Source: Gonapodya sp. JEL0774
Taxonomy: Eukaryota
Length of the DNA: 64,000 nt
Direction: 5' to 3'
Assembly (NCBI GenBank): GCA_027604505.1
Contig: JADIIX010000001.1
Coordinates: 496,001-560,000, forward strand
Positions 48,301 to 61,560 of this stretch are shown piece after piece. The notes beneath the pieces are model-generated. The model did not search any database and had not been told where the DNA came from. It was given only the letters and a program-made list of their open reading frames with translations. The position numbers and the translations under genes are program-made. How positions within the stretch are numbered: the first letter of the stretch is position 1; every line of letters begins with the position of its first letter.

Positions 48301-50373
48301 GAGAGATTTTCAACCCAAAATATGCTGGAAAGAGAATCGGCGGCGGGAAAGCCAAGAAACAAGGTCTTGCAAGCGCGGGAAGATCCGAAAACTGCGCCAG
48401 TGAGAATGCCGTCGACTGAAGACAGCGATGTGCCCGCAAGCTCTGCCAGTAGAGATCAATCAGGAGACGTGGATTCTGTGTCTCCCACTTTGGAAGACAG
48501 CGTTGTGAGCAGCTATAAAAGTGATACGGCCCTTCGTCGTGATCAAAGAGATTTTCGAATAGCTCAGCGTCCAGATCTGACTCCAATTACCGAGGTCACG
48601 GAACCCTCCACTCGTGCACCTACAACAACTGCTTCGCGCTCGAACAGCTCCTTCACGATGGCCAGCGCGATACCGTTTTCCATGACAGGATCATCGCGCG
48701 GCTCGCGACCTTCCTCACTGGGAGGATCGTACGTTGGAGATCGGACTTTTAATCACGACGTAACAACAGGCACGACCTTGAGCCTGACAAAAGTTATTGC
48801 AGTCAGTATCCTCGAAGAAGAGGATCAAGGTTCAAACAAGGAGGAAGAGCGTGCCTCAATGGAGAATTTGGAAGCTGAACAAACAGAGTCTGCAATATCA
48901 GCTGCAGTCATTGACCCGATGGACTCAAGTTTATGGCGAACGTTAATGAGTGATTCTCCTGCAATACTGGACGAACGGTACTTTGAGGATCCAACTGTCA
49001 CCATTAATCTGGCCAAAAATTTGGAACGACACTTTGCTAAGAATCGGAAGGAGGCGGGTGTGAGCCAATCTCCCATTGAGATCGAAGTCCCTTCCTCAGG
49101 TCAAAGTGTTGAGGTGCTTGAAATTACAGCCAAGTTAGGGCAGGGTGGATTCGCAGCCGTTTACAAGTGCCAAACAGTGTTGGACGATGATGACGACGTG
49201 CTGGACATGAAAGACCCAGAAACCTTTGCCTTGAAAGTCCATGTTCCACCTGGGCCTTGCGCATGGGAGTATCACGTATTGACAACACTTCGTAGCCGAC
49301 TGGACAGCCGCTTTGAGACATCTGTTGTGGAACCCCGTGCATGCCACGTATTCCAGGATGAAGGATGGCTGCGCCTAGAGTTTTGCGAAGGCGGAACTCT
49401 CCTTGGTGCTGTGAATTCCGCCGTTGGAATAGACAACGTTTCGTATCCAGATGGAGGCCTAGATGAGCTTCTAGCCATGTTTTGGACAGTCGAAGTGCTC
49501 AGGAATATTGAAGCTTGGCACGCTTCCGGATTCATTCATGGCGATGTCAAGGCTGACAACTTCATGGTTCGATGGGCGAGCAGTTCGTCGGATGTGGCCG
49601 GTAGACTTGGTTCAGATGCATGGAATCCTCAGTATGACCCTACTGGAGGCGCGGGGTGGGGACGGGTCGGTATTAAGGCTTTGGACTTCGGAAGAGCGAT
49701 CCAAATCGGGAGCTTGCCGTCGGGTACTCTTTTTGACTTTGGTGACTCCAGAGATCCAAAAGATTCACACAAGGAGGGAGATCCAAGCGTAGAGTGTTGG
49801 GAAATTCGGAATGGCTGCCCCTGGAGCTACGAAGCTGACTGGTACGGCGCTGCAGGTATTGCGGCGGTGCTCATTTTTGGCAAGTACATGGACGTGAAGG
49901 AGACGGGCTGGGCAGGATCGGGGACTGGACGCCGTGGAGGGGAATTTGCGATGGGTATGTTTGGGAATGCCGTTCCAACTGGCATGACCAGAGATGGAAA
50001 GCGAGCACGTCCTCGTATATCTGTCAAGCCCATGCTTCGGCGAAATTTCAACGTGGATCTTTGGACGAAACTATTTGACGTGCTGCTCAACTCTGGGGTC
50101 ATTGATGACAAGATGGTTGAGTCTTGTCCAACAGCTGCATGCTTGTTGGCTGACCAAGACTTGAAAGATACTGCGCAACACAATGCTTTGGGAGAATTGG
50201 ACAAGGAATTCCCAGCAACGCGAGTTGTTCGAGCGTTGAGAACGGAGATGGAGGACTGGTTAGTAGCCCACTCTGTGAAAGGCTCAAGTCGAGAAGGGTC
50301 CAAGCCTTTGAAAACTCTTTTGAGAAACTTGGAGATTCGAGTAAAGGAGGTCAAAGCACGTGCACGAAAATAG
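45309..50373 (+). CDS. BUB1: Spindle checkpoint kinase MadBub (undivided Mad3/BubR1 + Bub1)
   Basis: KENILPLKSGR (KEN1); TPR region (DPLKPH..RW; LERTLERFKDDPQY); second KEN (RVKENT); ABBA-like VFQD motifs; GLEBS-like ESREEVRA; SPTINTRLAMQDI (CD1); kinase with GQGGFAAV, ALK, HGDVKADN and DFG. Confidence 0.92.
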
Positions 50374-50868
50374 GAGTAGTGACCTGAACTGTCTTGGAAC
50401 CTATTATGTATTTTTGATATCAGTTTTTGTGTGTGGCTGAAGGCCGTTCACCATCGTATTTTGAGTTGCATCATATTACGGTGCAACCCTTTGCACGCTC
50501 CCCGGTTCAACTGCCAGCCGAGAGATATAAACCTCGTCTCCAATAATATCAACCGTCATCGATCCCGGAGTTGGCAAGAGTACACTGTCTGAAAAGGCAA
50601 GTAAGCTGCGTACAAATTCTTCACGACAACGGAATGAAACAGAGATGCGGTGGCGAATTTGGCGGCGAATTTGGCGATTAGCACGAAAAGGCTTCAGTCT
50701 CTTTGGCGCATTCCCATCTGTGCAGACACTATTCAGCGCAAGCTCAGGCCTACGAGGCCAGCTTCATGGAACTGTGCTTGCATTTTCGCCCCAAGTCCTC
50801 CACCTTTTGGTTTCGGTTCTGATTCCGCCCCACCCAACTTCCATTCAACCGCTAGCTGCACTAACGAA

Positions 50869-52571
50869 ATGACGCAAGCCAGGACAAATGGAACACAGTC
50901 ACGCGCAGGTGCTGTGCTGACCAAAGAGGCTCACATCAAGGTGAGGAACTGACGATCACCATCCAATTTTGATTCCGATGTCTTTCCGATACGGAACTCA
51001 CTCACGGGAAACCCCCCACAGGCGTCAGAGGATGGATTCGTCAACGGCGTTGGTCAGCATTTTGCCACGGTCTCCATCATGCCAAAGTTCAAGGTTTGGT
51101 CCCCTCCCCTCGGTCCCCTGAACCCATGTAGTAATTAAACTCCCAACAGACATTGGAGGACGAGCGTCTCCACCTGAAAATCTCCCTCGCCACTGCATTT
51201 CGAATTATGGGGAGTCTTGGATTTGATGTTGGAATCGCTGGTCACGGGACTGTGAGTACTTCCCAAGTTTTGCGTTGGCTTGGAGTTCGCACCGAACCAC
51301 ACCCATCCCATTCAATGCCCCCGATGAAATGCCGTTGCAGTTCAGGGACCCGGAGTACCCATCCTGCTTCTGGATGAACCCTGTCGCTGTCCACTTCTCC
51401 GATATGACTGTGGGAGAACTGGTCCTGGTAAACCAACACGGCGAGGTCATCCAAGGAAACCGACCAATTAATGCTGGTAAGCTTGGGTGCAGCGCTACTT
51501 TTTATGCACTGTTGACAGTTTCGTTAATCGTATACCTGGGATCTGCTTGCGGGTTCCCTTTGCAAACCCCCGATTCTTAAAACAGCCGGATTTGCCATTC
51601 ACGCTGGCATTTATCGAGTCAACCAGCGCGTCAAGTCCATTGTTCACACGCATTCCATGTACGGGAAATCTTTCTCGGTACTAGGAAGGCTGTTCGACCC
51701 CATCACGTGAGGAGAATTAGTCTTTGTTTCATGCTGCAGCTTCTGAGGCATGAATACTTGTTCTCGTCAATCTCTTCGCTCACCCAGACAGGACTCGTGC
51801 GGTGAGTCGAGACCAATGGGGGGGTCATCGTATGATGAGTTGCTTACTTGTTTCCTCCGTTCATTCTCAGCCTTTTATGAGCGCCAGGCGTTGTACAACA
51901 CATACGAAGGCGTCGTGTTGGATACAGATGAGGGAGAGCATTTGGGAAAGCTGCTTGGTGAGCAGAATCACCTGGTGATTCTTCAGGTGAGTCCCTTGTA
52001 GGAAGGGACGGACGAAATGTTTGATAACAAGGTAGAACCTTGAAATATTTCTTGTGATTCTTCCAGAACCACGGCCTCTTGACAGTGGGTGGTAACCCTG
52101 ACGAGATGGCATGGTGGTTTATTTCCGCTGAGCAGTGTGCGCAGAGGTAATGTTCCTGCGAGTCTGAAATGACAACCTTCACCTCACTAACTCTGAGCGG
52201 TTCCATGTGGCTCTCTTGCTTTGTCAGTGAACTCCTTGTTGACGCTTCGGGACACAAGCGTATTGTCTTGAGCCACGAAGTCGCGACGAAGACTCGTAAC
52301 CAGTACGTTGTTGCGGACTTCTGTATTCACACTGAAGCATCACTTGTTGATCTTTACACTTGACCCTACCTGCAGGGTTGGAGCCACCTTGAATGGCTGG
52401 TACAACTTCCAACCGTACAAGAGGGTGAGCTGTCTGATCAGTGGATGTGATCTCACCACCAAATCTCTCATGTCTTCTTTTCGTTCCCTCTCCTGAAACA
52501 GCGCATGCTCAAGCAGCACCCGGAGATTCTTGACGACACAGTGCCCACCAGTGACACCTACTAAATTCTGA
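50869..52571 (+). CDS. Class II aldolase/adducin family protein (Mug14/NovR-like)
   Basis: GIAGHGT|FRDPE..FWMNP; AGFAIHAGIY; HTHSMYG; DPIT|QDSC|AFY (14-nt micro-exon at 51788-51801); ILQ|NHGLLTVG. Confidence 0.9.
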
Positions 52572-53732
52572 CGAGAATACGGGTGCGGCAAAGGACCAAA
52601 AGTTCCCCAATTCGTTGATTCTAGAAATGGAGGTGTGTCGGGTCAAAATTTCTTGTATGGATTATCGGAGTCTGTCCTGCCTCAGAAGTGAGGAAAATAA
52701 AGTGGGAGCATGGTGAACTGAAACTAGGGTTGCCCTCATTGACCACAGTCCAGATAGAAAAACGAAAAATCTCCGCTGCCACCATCACCAGTGTTTCAGT
52801 CGCTTCATGGATGCCACCATTCATCAGCCTAAATCAGCACTGAGGATGTCTTGAACGAAGTTGGATCTCACCCGACGGTCCCCAAGTCGGGTCCCTCTCA
52901 GTTTTCTCGGTGAGGTATTTTGAGTCGTCGAACGAACCCGACACACCGGAATGGAGACACATGATGACATTGAAAATACCATAAAATCGCAATGCTATGT
53001 CGAGAGCCCATGAACACATGGGCTTTGACGATAATTTGGTTCTGACCATCTCCGAGTGAATCCAACAATCATCAGCTTAACTGCAGTCTGGGAACTTAGG
53101 ACTAACGTTTCATTTGTTTTGGGCCCTTTTAGATACCAATGCATTCGTAGCGGTTCTTCTGTCCGAATGGCTCACTTCGAACTCTGCAGATCCCAATTCT
53201 CAAGTACCACAGCGTATTAGCAATAATGTATGTAGTGATATATATCTATGTAATCATGTACAGGAATTAAACTGTCCCTTCTCGGGGAATCGCTCATCTG
53301 CCTCGTCGCCTGATGGATCCACAACGGGCGGCAAAACTGTTGCTGCCGGACCCCTTCGTTCACTGACAAACCAAACACAGGAATCAAGGTTTGAATTCAA
53401 GTGTCGCACAGCTCGTGATGGACACATTTTCCTACGATTACTCGTGAGTTGATTCGATTCCTGGTCTTTGGAGGCAGATTGGGGTCTTTCGAATGTGTTG
53501 GCCCTCTCGCTTTTGCCCACGCCCATCGAACAATCCAACCACGGCAGGGACGGGGCAGAGATCCCGACGCAGCACGATCAACATGAGATTTACTCGTGTG
53601 TCGTGGTGATGGTATGAATTCATTATTCTGCGCCGAGCGAAACATCAACAAGATTACAAACACGTCCCTTTGATGACCTTGAAACTTCCGGCTTTCACAA
53701 GACTAACCAGACCTTCATCTCTGTCAATCTTT

Positions 53733-54845
53733 ATGTCCAGTGATGCTGACATGAAGGTCACTGCGTACCTCCCCGCGCAACTATTGATGTCTCCTCAGGC
53801 ACCTGTTGCAACCTTGAACATGCGGCACCGCGAAGAAACCAACAAAGACGCCCCAATCTCGCCAATCTCGCCAACTTCTCCAACATCACCCAGTGGACCG
53901 GTATACACAATCGGTCATCATGCACCGGTCCCTCTCTATCCCATTCCGATGTTCCCGCAAGTCCCTGTCGGCCAACAAGTCTTTCCTGTTTACGGCGAGG
54001 TCCCTGCAATGATGTCACCACTTAACAGGTGAGTGAACTGTGGATTCAGTGAACGAACCGTGGGGCTTTCCCAGTTTGAGCGCATCCCACCTTCCACAGA
54101 CCACAACCGCTCCCCACACCGGTGTCGGATCCCGGTTCGCCGGAAGACTTTGATGGAGGCTTCAACCGATCAAACACATCCGGGAAGCGGGTGAGTGGGG
54201 TGGTGAAATGCGGGATGGTGGAGGATCCCATCCCTGAATCCTCACCCCATTCGACACAAACTACACTGCAAATTGCCACAGCGGATGCAGCCACCTCCTG
54301 GATCTATTTGTCGATATTTCCTTCAAGGTCGATGCTGGGCGGGTGATCAGTGCAGGTGGAGTCATGTGATACCAGTGCAGGCAATGTTTTCGGTGAGTGA
54401 TTGGATTTGTGGAGACTGCATGCGTGGACAGCCTTCGACAACGAATCTCACGTGGCGATGTCGGAAACCTAGCCCGTTACAGGTCAACCAGCTTTCTTTG
54501 TGCAATCTTTCAATACGTCAGCAGGACCTGGCAGTCCACCAATGGCAAGCATGGTCTTCCCAGGGTCACCTTATCGTATGTTCTTTTTAATGTGTCTTTT
54601 CGAAAATCTTCAGTGGTCGTCTTTGATCAAACACATTTATAGTATCACATCATCCTGAAGGCGCACCCCTCTCGCCGGTGTTCAGTGTCCCTTCAATTCA
54701 ATATCCGTCTCCCCAATCCCCCATCCAAGGAATGTTGCCCACTCTTCCTGGCGTATCCCAGCATAACGGGCAGCCACAACAATGCTTCTTCTGGAGACAG
54801 GGCCGCTGCAAGTTTGGAAGTTCGTGCCGTTACTCACACCACTGA
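53733..54845 (+). CDS. Pro-rich protein with two CCCH zinc fingers (RNA-binding)
   Basis: CRYFLQGRCWAGDQCRWSH (~54305-54365) and CFFWRQGRCKFGSSCRYSH (~54783-54839), both C-x7-C-x5-C-x3-H. The internal exon structure is only partly resolved. Confidence 0.75.
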
Positions 54846-55564
54846 GACAGGACCAAAAGTGGTGACGTGGAGATGTTCTGCGCACTTCGTACACTAGGTG
54901 GAGCAGGCGGGCTGCGTATGCCCGGAGGATCGGGACATTGCGCACGTCTGCCCAGTTGTTTTTCTTTAGTAGCTCTTTTTCCATTCCCCGTCTTCTTTCA
55001 TATCCAGCTTTCTGCCACCATCGCGATACCGAAATCTTATTGTGTCCTCATTTCGATGTGTTGGACCTTTGCGATTATTTGTGGAAAACAACCTAAAAAA
55101 GCGAGTTTGGACTTTGGACTGCTCTTGGATGGCCAAAAGGGCAATAAAATCTACAGATAATTGATGTAATAGCCGTTGCTTATCAAAAGAATCCATATGA
55201 AACAGACGAAGGACCCGGGGAATGCTGGTCGATTTTCAAGATTTTGTAACGATATATTGTTTCTAGACGACCCACCACACTTTCTCTCTCACAACCAACA
55301 AACTAAACCCACTCCGAAAGAAAAAAGAAAAAGAAAAATCGACATTCTCTGTTTGTCCCACCTGCGCACTCCCGCCACAATGTCAATCACAATATGAGGC
55401 CCAACCCGGTCGAACCACACCGAAAGAACAATGAACGGGTATGCGGTGGCAGGGAGGAAACAAGACATGTCTAATAAAGCGAGTTGTGCGGGGGATATGA
55501 GGTGAACGGGCGAGGACGAGGACGGCCGAGGAGAAGAGAGGATTGCGGGTTTAAGACTGTGCGA

Positions 55565-57420
55565 CTAGTGCTTGAAAGCACTGGAGGAGGTGACAAGGGA
55601 AACATGTGAACGTAGATAGCGATTGAGATACAAGGCACAGGAACACTCACTTTATCACGGGGACGATAATGATGATGAGCACGACAATGACCACAACAGC
55701 GAGGATTACTCTCATTTTCCTGATTGCATTCATTGACACAAGGACATCAGTGTAGAGAACACAGAGAAGCGTGATCAATGCAGCACAATCGGAATTTTGT
55801 GAGAGCAGATCAGTCCATAAGGTCATGAGAGTGGGAAAGGAGGAACACGGAGAAGAGCGTTACTCACATGTCCTTCAACCACATCTACCAGATTGTAAGG
55901 TCCGTACATTACGACGGAAACAAGGGAATGGGAAGGAAAGGCGAGGGGAGATTTGGCGAATATGGCATTCATGGGCGGAGATGATGAGCAAATACGAATC
56001 CGAGACAGCATTCCATCCAGCAAACATCCAATTCCACACCCGTTATATTCACTATCAACCGAATCTTCCCGAGCTAGAAGCTCCACAGACCAAGACACCC
56101 ATACCCACCGGGGTACGCCACCGCCGCTCCACCAGCCTGTCCTGTGCCCCCTCCCACTCATTCTTGGCCGGCACCACTGGCGGATCGGGGAACCCCCGCC
56201 ATTTTTCAGGTTCCCGGCTTTCCAAATCTCTTTCGCTCGCCCGCGTCACTTCGCCCGCCTCCGCCGTGTCGAGCTCCATCCCCAGAGGTGTGACTCCGAT
56301 ACCAACCTGCCTCCGGACCTTGTTGGCCCCGCGCTTGAATTGCATGGCGCCCTGGGCGAGATCGTCAGTCTTGGTTTGGAGTGTGTCGAGGCGTTCACCA
56401 CGTTCGACGACACCTGGACAAGACTTCGGGTGAGGAGAAGGTATGGAAAGGCGAGAAAAAACAGTGCGCGCTTACGTTGTACGTTTTGCTGCATGATAGT
56501 TACGACCTCATCTAAATCGTGGAGACGCATGAATTGGTTCCGGGCAAGTTTGCGACGATGAGGAAGGGGCACACGGTGATATGCGGTTATGTAGCAACAC
56601 GACAGGGCACAAATTGTCGAAGAAATAGTTGAGGGTGTCGGAGGGAATTATTGAAGAAGTACGCGTGGGGAACGCAGAGGAACAAATATTGCCGGCGAGG
56701 TCCAGTGGTTCGTTCAGAAGCACCAAGAGGAAAGAAACAGGAAGAACGACCGTGAGTCAGTTATAACGAGCAAGAAAGAACTAGGGCGTAAAGAATTTGA
56801 AGATCCAAACGCGCGGGTTGTTGAACGCGCCAATGGCTGTCCGCATAAAATTTTATGTGGCCACTCCAGTTCGCTGCCTGCAAGTGTTTGCCAGCGACTA
56901 CGCTGATAATTCACGGCGTCCACCCGAGAATAACATTCTATCTCATTCCTTTGCGTGATGTGGAGACCAGAAACGTCATGATAAATCGCACGGAACTTGA
57001 CGTGACTTCCCATCTAGTTTGTCACCAGTGTAATGTACAGAGTTGTGTCATTTTCGACCTTCAACTTCCTTCATCCGCTCATGACCCGTCTGACATCGAT
57101 GATTACACTTGGTTGACCCGACTCAGCTCACAATCGAGTCACACGGAATGGAAGAGAGAAACTCCGAGTTCTCGTGAGGAAGAGGATCCAAAAACTCTGC
57201 CTTGAGTTTAGTAGAAACACGGGAGTGCTTGTTGCAACGGTGCAATCTCTTCGGTCCCATGTGATCTTGCGTCCCACGTCCTCCACCAGAGCCTCCCACA
57301 TATGTTTAAGAACGTAGAGCCCACGGCTCCATCCGACGACACAGTACAATACGGACCTACTTGTTGCTGGACCTGCTGCACCTTCTGGCCCGGTTGTTGG
57401 TTAACTGTTGGGGCTGACAT
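55565..57420 (-). CDS. SNC1: Synaptobrevin/VAMP R-SNARE (Snc1-like), 6 exons
   Basis: [88 protein letters not shown]. Confidence 0.93.
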
Positions 57421-57969
57421 GGCTTGCTCTCGAACAGAAGGATATACGAGGAAGGAGGTAGGCGGGAACTTTGATGCGTCGGCAAAGAAGAGCGGAGATG
57501 TAAGAAAAGTGAAAAGTTGCGCCGGGGAGATCGGGTTTGGCTGCTCGGGGTGTGGAGAAAGCGAATTGAAACTTTTGCCTGGCAGGGTGGCTTTCGGTTC
57601 TGCAATGCACAAGTCGGCGCGCTTGAACCAACAAGATGCGCAACCGAACTTCAACTCCCGGTTTCGTAAGTGAGATGATGCAGCGCTACTCTCGCAGCTC
57701 TGTAGAAAATAATAAGTGTACGCAGTTGCTCAACTGAGCGTCGTCACCACCGAGAACTAGAACAAAGTAAGAAGTCAAGAAGCAACGCTCCGATAGAGTG
57801 ATAGAATGGACCTTGTCACTTTTACATATACTGAGGTTTCAAATCAGTTTTCCCAAATTCTGCCGACCCCTCGACGAAAAGAGAAGTGCAGCTCCCAGCA
57901 TAATCCAAAGCGGGAGCCCAAAACAATTACCATTTCTCCTTTCGCACCGTCGCCCGACTTTCTCCACCG

Positions 57970-58603
57970 ATGGCATTTTCGCTCGGCCAACTCATCTATG
58001 CCATCGTGCTTTTCATTAACGGCGTGGCAATTCTCCATGAGGACCGGTTCCTCGCCCGAAGTACGTGTCTTCACTCTCTAGCCACACGCCGCGCCGGGAC
58101 ACAGAAGCAACCTTCCACGCTGTTGTCCGGGCTCTTGCCTCTCGGATTCTTTGGGGCCTTTCTGATTTCCTCGTGTTCTAATCTTTGAAAACCTGTGTTC
58201 TGATGTCCCACATCGTTTCCCCCCAGTCGGCTGGTCTACTCGCAACGCCGACGGGTTCGCTCGTCCGTCGGACACAGGAGACATGAAAACACGGATTGTG
58301 CGCCTAATGGCCTCTCTTCGAATGGTGCTGACCAGTGAGTGAGTGTGTGTGTGTGTTTGTGTGCAAGAGGAGTTGTGGAAGTGGGAGGGCAGGAAATTGG
58401 TCACCGGCAGTGTAGGGCAGAACTCTGGTGATGACATTGAGACGAGTAGCTCAAAAGACCGAGATTGAGGAATCCCCACTGCTGCACACGGTCCACCAAG
58501 GAACTCATCACCACCATCTCCCTGCCCCTTCTCACTCCACTCTCCAGTTCCTCTCATTTTTATCAACAGTGCCATCATAATATATGAGTTGATATTCGGC
58601 TAG
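57970..58603 (+). CDS. YOS1: Yos1/IER3IP1 ER-Golgi transport protein, 3 exons
   Basis: LIYAIVLFINGVAILHEDRFLAR|IGW...RIVRLMASLRMVLT|IPLIFINSAIIIYELIFG*. Confidence 0.92.
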
Positions 58604-59756
58604 CGTTCCCGACAATGAAGGTCCCGACACCAACCCAGTTTTTTGGACAGTTGTTGTACAGTGGTGGAACAGAAGGATGGAGTGCCAGGAATCGGGACGA
58701 GTGCGGTGGGAACTGGGTGTGGTTGTGGATGGCGGTGGTGGATTCGTGCCCTTTTGGCAGGACATTGTATTTTGGATATTTGACATTGTGTTTCCGTGCT
58801 TTTATCACCTTGCTTTAATTGTGGCCAAGGCATGTGATTAGTCTGTGTGAGAAGCTCGAGATAGTGGGAAGGCATGGAACGTGGAAGCCGTGGAAGCCGT
58901 GGACGCCGTGGAGCGACGGGATTCGGAGACGTCAATAGGGCAACCAGATCTGAAGAAACCGAACAATATGCCCTAATACTCTCACACTCACGCAACGGAG
59001 GGGCTAGTCATCTGCAAATTGTTTCTTTCGGAGTCTTGCGAGGTAAAGGCTGGAGCAGTTCTCTGGAGGCGAAAATCCTCGGGGTTTGAAATGTTTAACA
59101 GAGTCTGATTCCCCAATATTTCGAGGAATCGACTCCAATCGACGGAGTTGAGTGGGCAATAATACTTGGTCCCACCCACCAGTGTATGCATTCAATGCTG
59201 AATGCCGCTTTCTGTAAGACACCGTTGGCAAAGCGAACACTAGCCGATTGAGCCTCCATGGACTGTCTCTGTCTGCCTAATCGTCCGTCAAAATGCATGC
59301 ATCACTGTGCCTTGCAAATAAGAAATTTATCTTGTCTTGGCGTTCCGTGCACGGGGCTGGTGCTGTGGTGAATTTCAGATGACGATCGATCCTGAACCCC
59401 TGCGAATAAGACCTGAAATGCGATCACAGTTCAGCTTCTGAGAGATAAATCGACCCCTCGCAGCTTCAAAAGAACACACATCCTTTGGAAATGAGACTCC
59501 CTCAACTTCCCCGTACAATGCTGATTGCTCTTCTGGGTCATGGACTGCAGATTGTGAGAACTCACAAAGGCACTTTACTGACGGTGTCATTCCATTGTTT
59601 CTCTCGTTCGGTATTTAATTTATGTAACGCTCTCTCTTGTTCTAGTTCCTTCTCATCATCATCTCTTCCGCAATCGCCGACCAGGCCCGGCTGAAGGAAG
59701 ACCGCTCCACCTGTCTCCTCTGGTCCAAACAGCTCTACACGTCTGATCAAATCACC

Positions 59757-61294
59757 ATGATCAATTCTACATCGATCACACCGACACCTCTTGCGTCTAC
59801 ACCGACGACCGACGGTACTACCAATTCTACCAGCATGGGCAATGGTACACTCGTCGTAGTGACCGTCCCCACCTTGGCCGGTGCGAGGGCCGCGCCGGTG
59901 TCGGTTCGCGGCGCAATTTACTATATACAGGGTCTGGCCTGGTCATGTGATATGGCAGTTTATGGTAGTGCGGCGGGTGAGTCTCACTAGAGAAGGTGCG
60001 AGCCCCGCGAGATATGGTCACTGGTGGCGAGGTGATGGTCGGAGTCTTTGCTCAGCCAAGTAGAAAATTGATTGCTATTTGGTTGCATTGAGGTATTCTA
60101 AACCGGAAGGGGGCAGTGTGCAACCCTCTGTGGGCTTTGTGCATCATTTTGCATTTTGAATGCGCCACCGTCAATTCATTGGCATCGAACCTCGTGGGCC
60201 GATTACCATTGTCATTACATAAGTGAGAGAATGTGTGGACCTTTGTGCGCACGCAAAAATACGGATCCTTCACGTACTCATCACCTTTTTGCTGACTGCT
60301 CTCTCCCTCTCTTTACTCCGCCAAGCCATTGCCATCTCCGCCTCCCTCTTCCTGGCCACATCCTGGCATGCTCTGAGCCAGAAATCTGCACCTCACTGGT
60401 GGCGCATTACGGTCAGTGCCGTACACACACCAATTTCTTTGTCGCCGTCGTCCTCTCTTTGCGTCTGATCATTCGCAAACACTGCTCTCCCCTCTCTCAC
60501 CTCAACAGTCTACCACCCTGTCATTTATTACTTCCATCCTTATTCTTTTTCAAGCCTCACTCATTACAGGCGGTGCGTACACAACGTGTAGGACACTGGG
60601 CTCCACAAGTCTGGACCCGAACGCTGTCAGAGACGAGTGCGGAAAGGTCTACCCGGGCACCCTGTTGACTGTGCTAGTTGGAGCTGGATGTGCGTGGGTT
60701 GGAGGAGTGTTGTGGGTGAGTTGAGTGAAGTTATGATCGGTTTCCGGGTTTGGTTGAAGAGAGTTGTTGCTGCTCTCTTACGGACCAACTACCACCCCGC
60801 TCTATTTCAAATTCCTTTTCCTGCCTTATGTACTCACGCTCTACAAGTCTCTGCACACCTTTATCCAATATCGCCACCTCCGCCAACTCTCTCCTCTCGC
60901 CGACTCGGAAGGTGCTACCACGGTAAACTCCAAAACTGCACTTCCCTCACCCTCGGCACCACCAATCTCCCCCACGGCAAAAAGTTCACAGCCAATGGCG
61001 GAGTTTAACGACACCAACATGAAATCGATGTGGGGGTCCTCGTCGCCCACCTCCGCCAGCCAAGCACACCCTCCTGATCCTTCTCCGGCCTATACCAAAC
61101 CTTCCACCGGTTCCGTCTCCACCACGAGCACCAATCCCTTTTCTAGCATGGTCACGAATCCATTTTCGAACCCATATGACATGGCGACGGTGCAGGTAGC
61201 GGGTGGGAATGGTGGCGTTGCCGATGGTGGAAAGCCGTGGGCGACGGCGGTGAAGGAGGAAAAGGGGAGGACTGCGGGGGGCTACTCTATGTGA
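59757..61294 (+). CDS. Hypothetical multi-pass membrane protein with Ser/Thr-rich N-terminus and Ser/Pro-rich tail
   Basis: Co-oriented exon-like ORFs with hydrophobic segments (AIAISASLFLA; TLLTVLVGAGCAWVGGVL) separated by GT..AG introns. Family not recognised. Confidence 0.55.
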
Positions 61295-61560
61295 GTAATT
61301 CCGTTGCGCGAGGCACGAATATGTAGAAACGTTCCAGTGCGAAAGAGTGGTTCAGATTCGAATAATCTTACTATATTTTTTGTTCGGAAAAATTACGTAG
61401 CATACATGATTATATAGTTGCATGGATATTGAAACATTTTTTGGTTTGTGGAAGACCTACGACGGAGGTGTTTTGGGGGAATGCTGCCGGTGTGCAATCG
61501 TCCAGCGCCCGTTTTCCGGACCGTTCCAGGCAACGAGACTCTCACGCAACAGGCCCATCC

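Noticed and set aside
52961..53045. ATGATGA...CTGA with a weak terminal stem (box C/D snoRNA-like)
   Set aside because: I could not recognise an rRNA or snRNA antisense guide upstream of the D box, and such short boxes occur by chance. It needs snoscan.
58880..58914. 9-bp tandem repeat CGTGGAAGC x ~4
   Set aside because: A simple minisatellite without spacers; not CRISPR or a mobile-element end.
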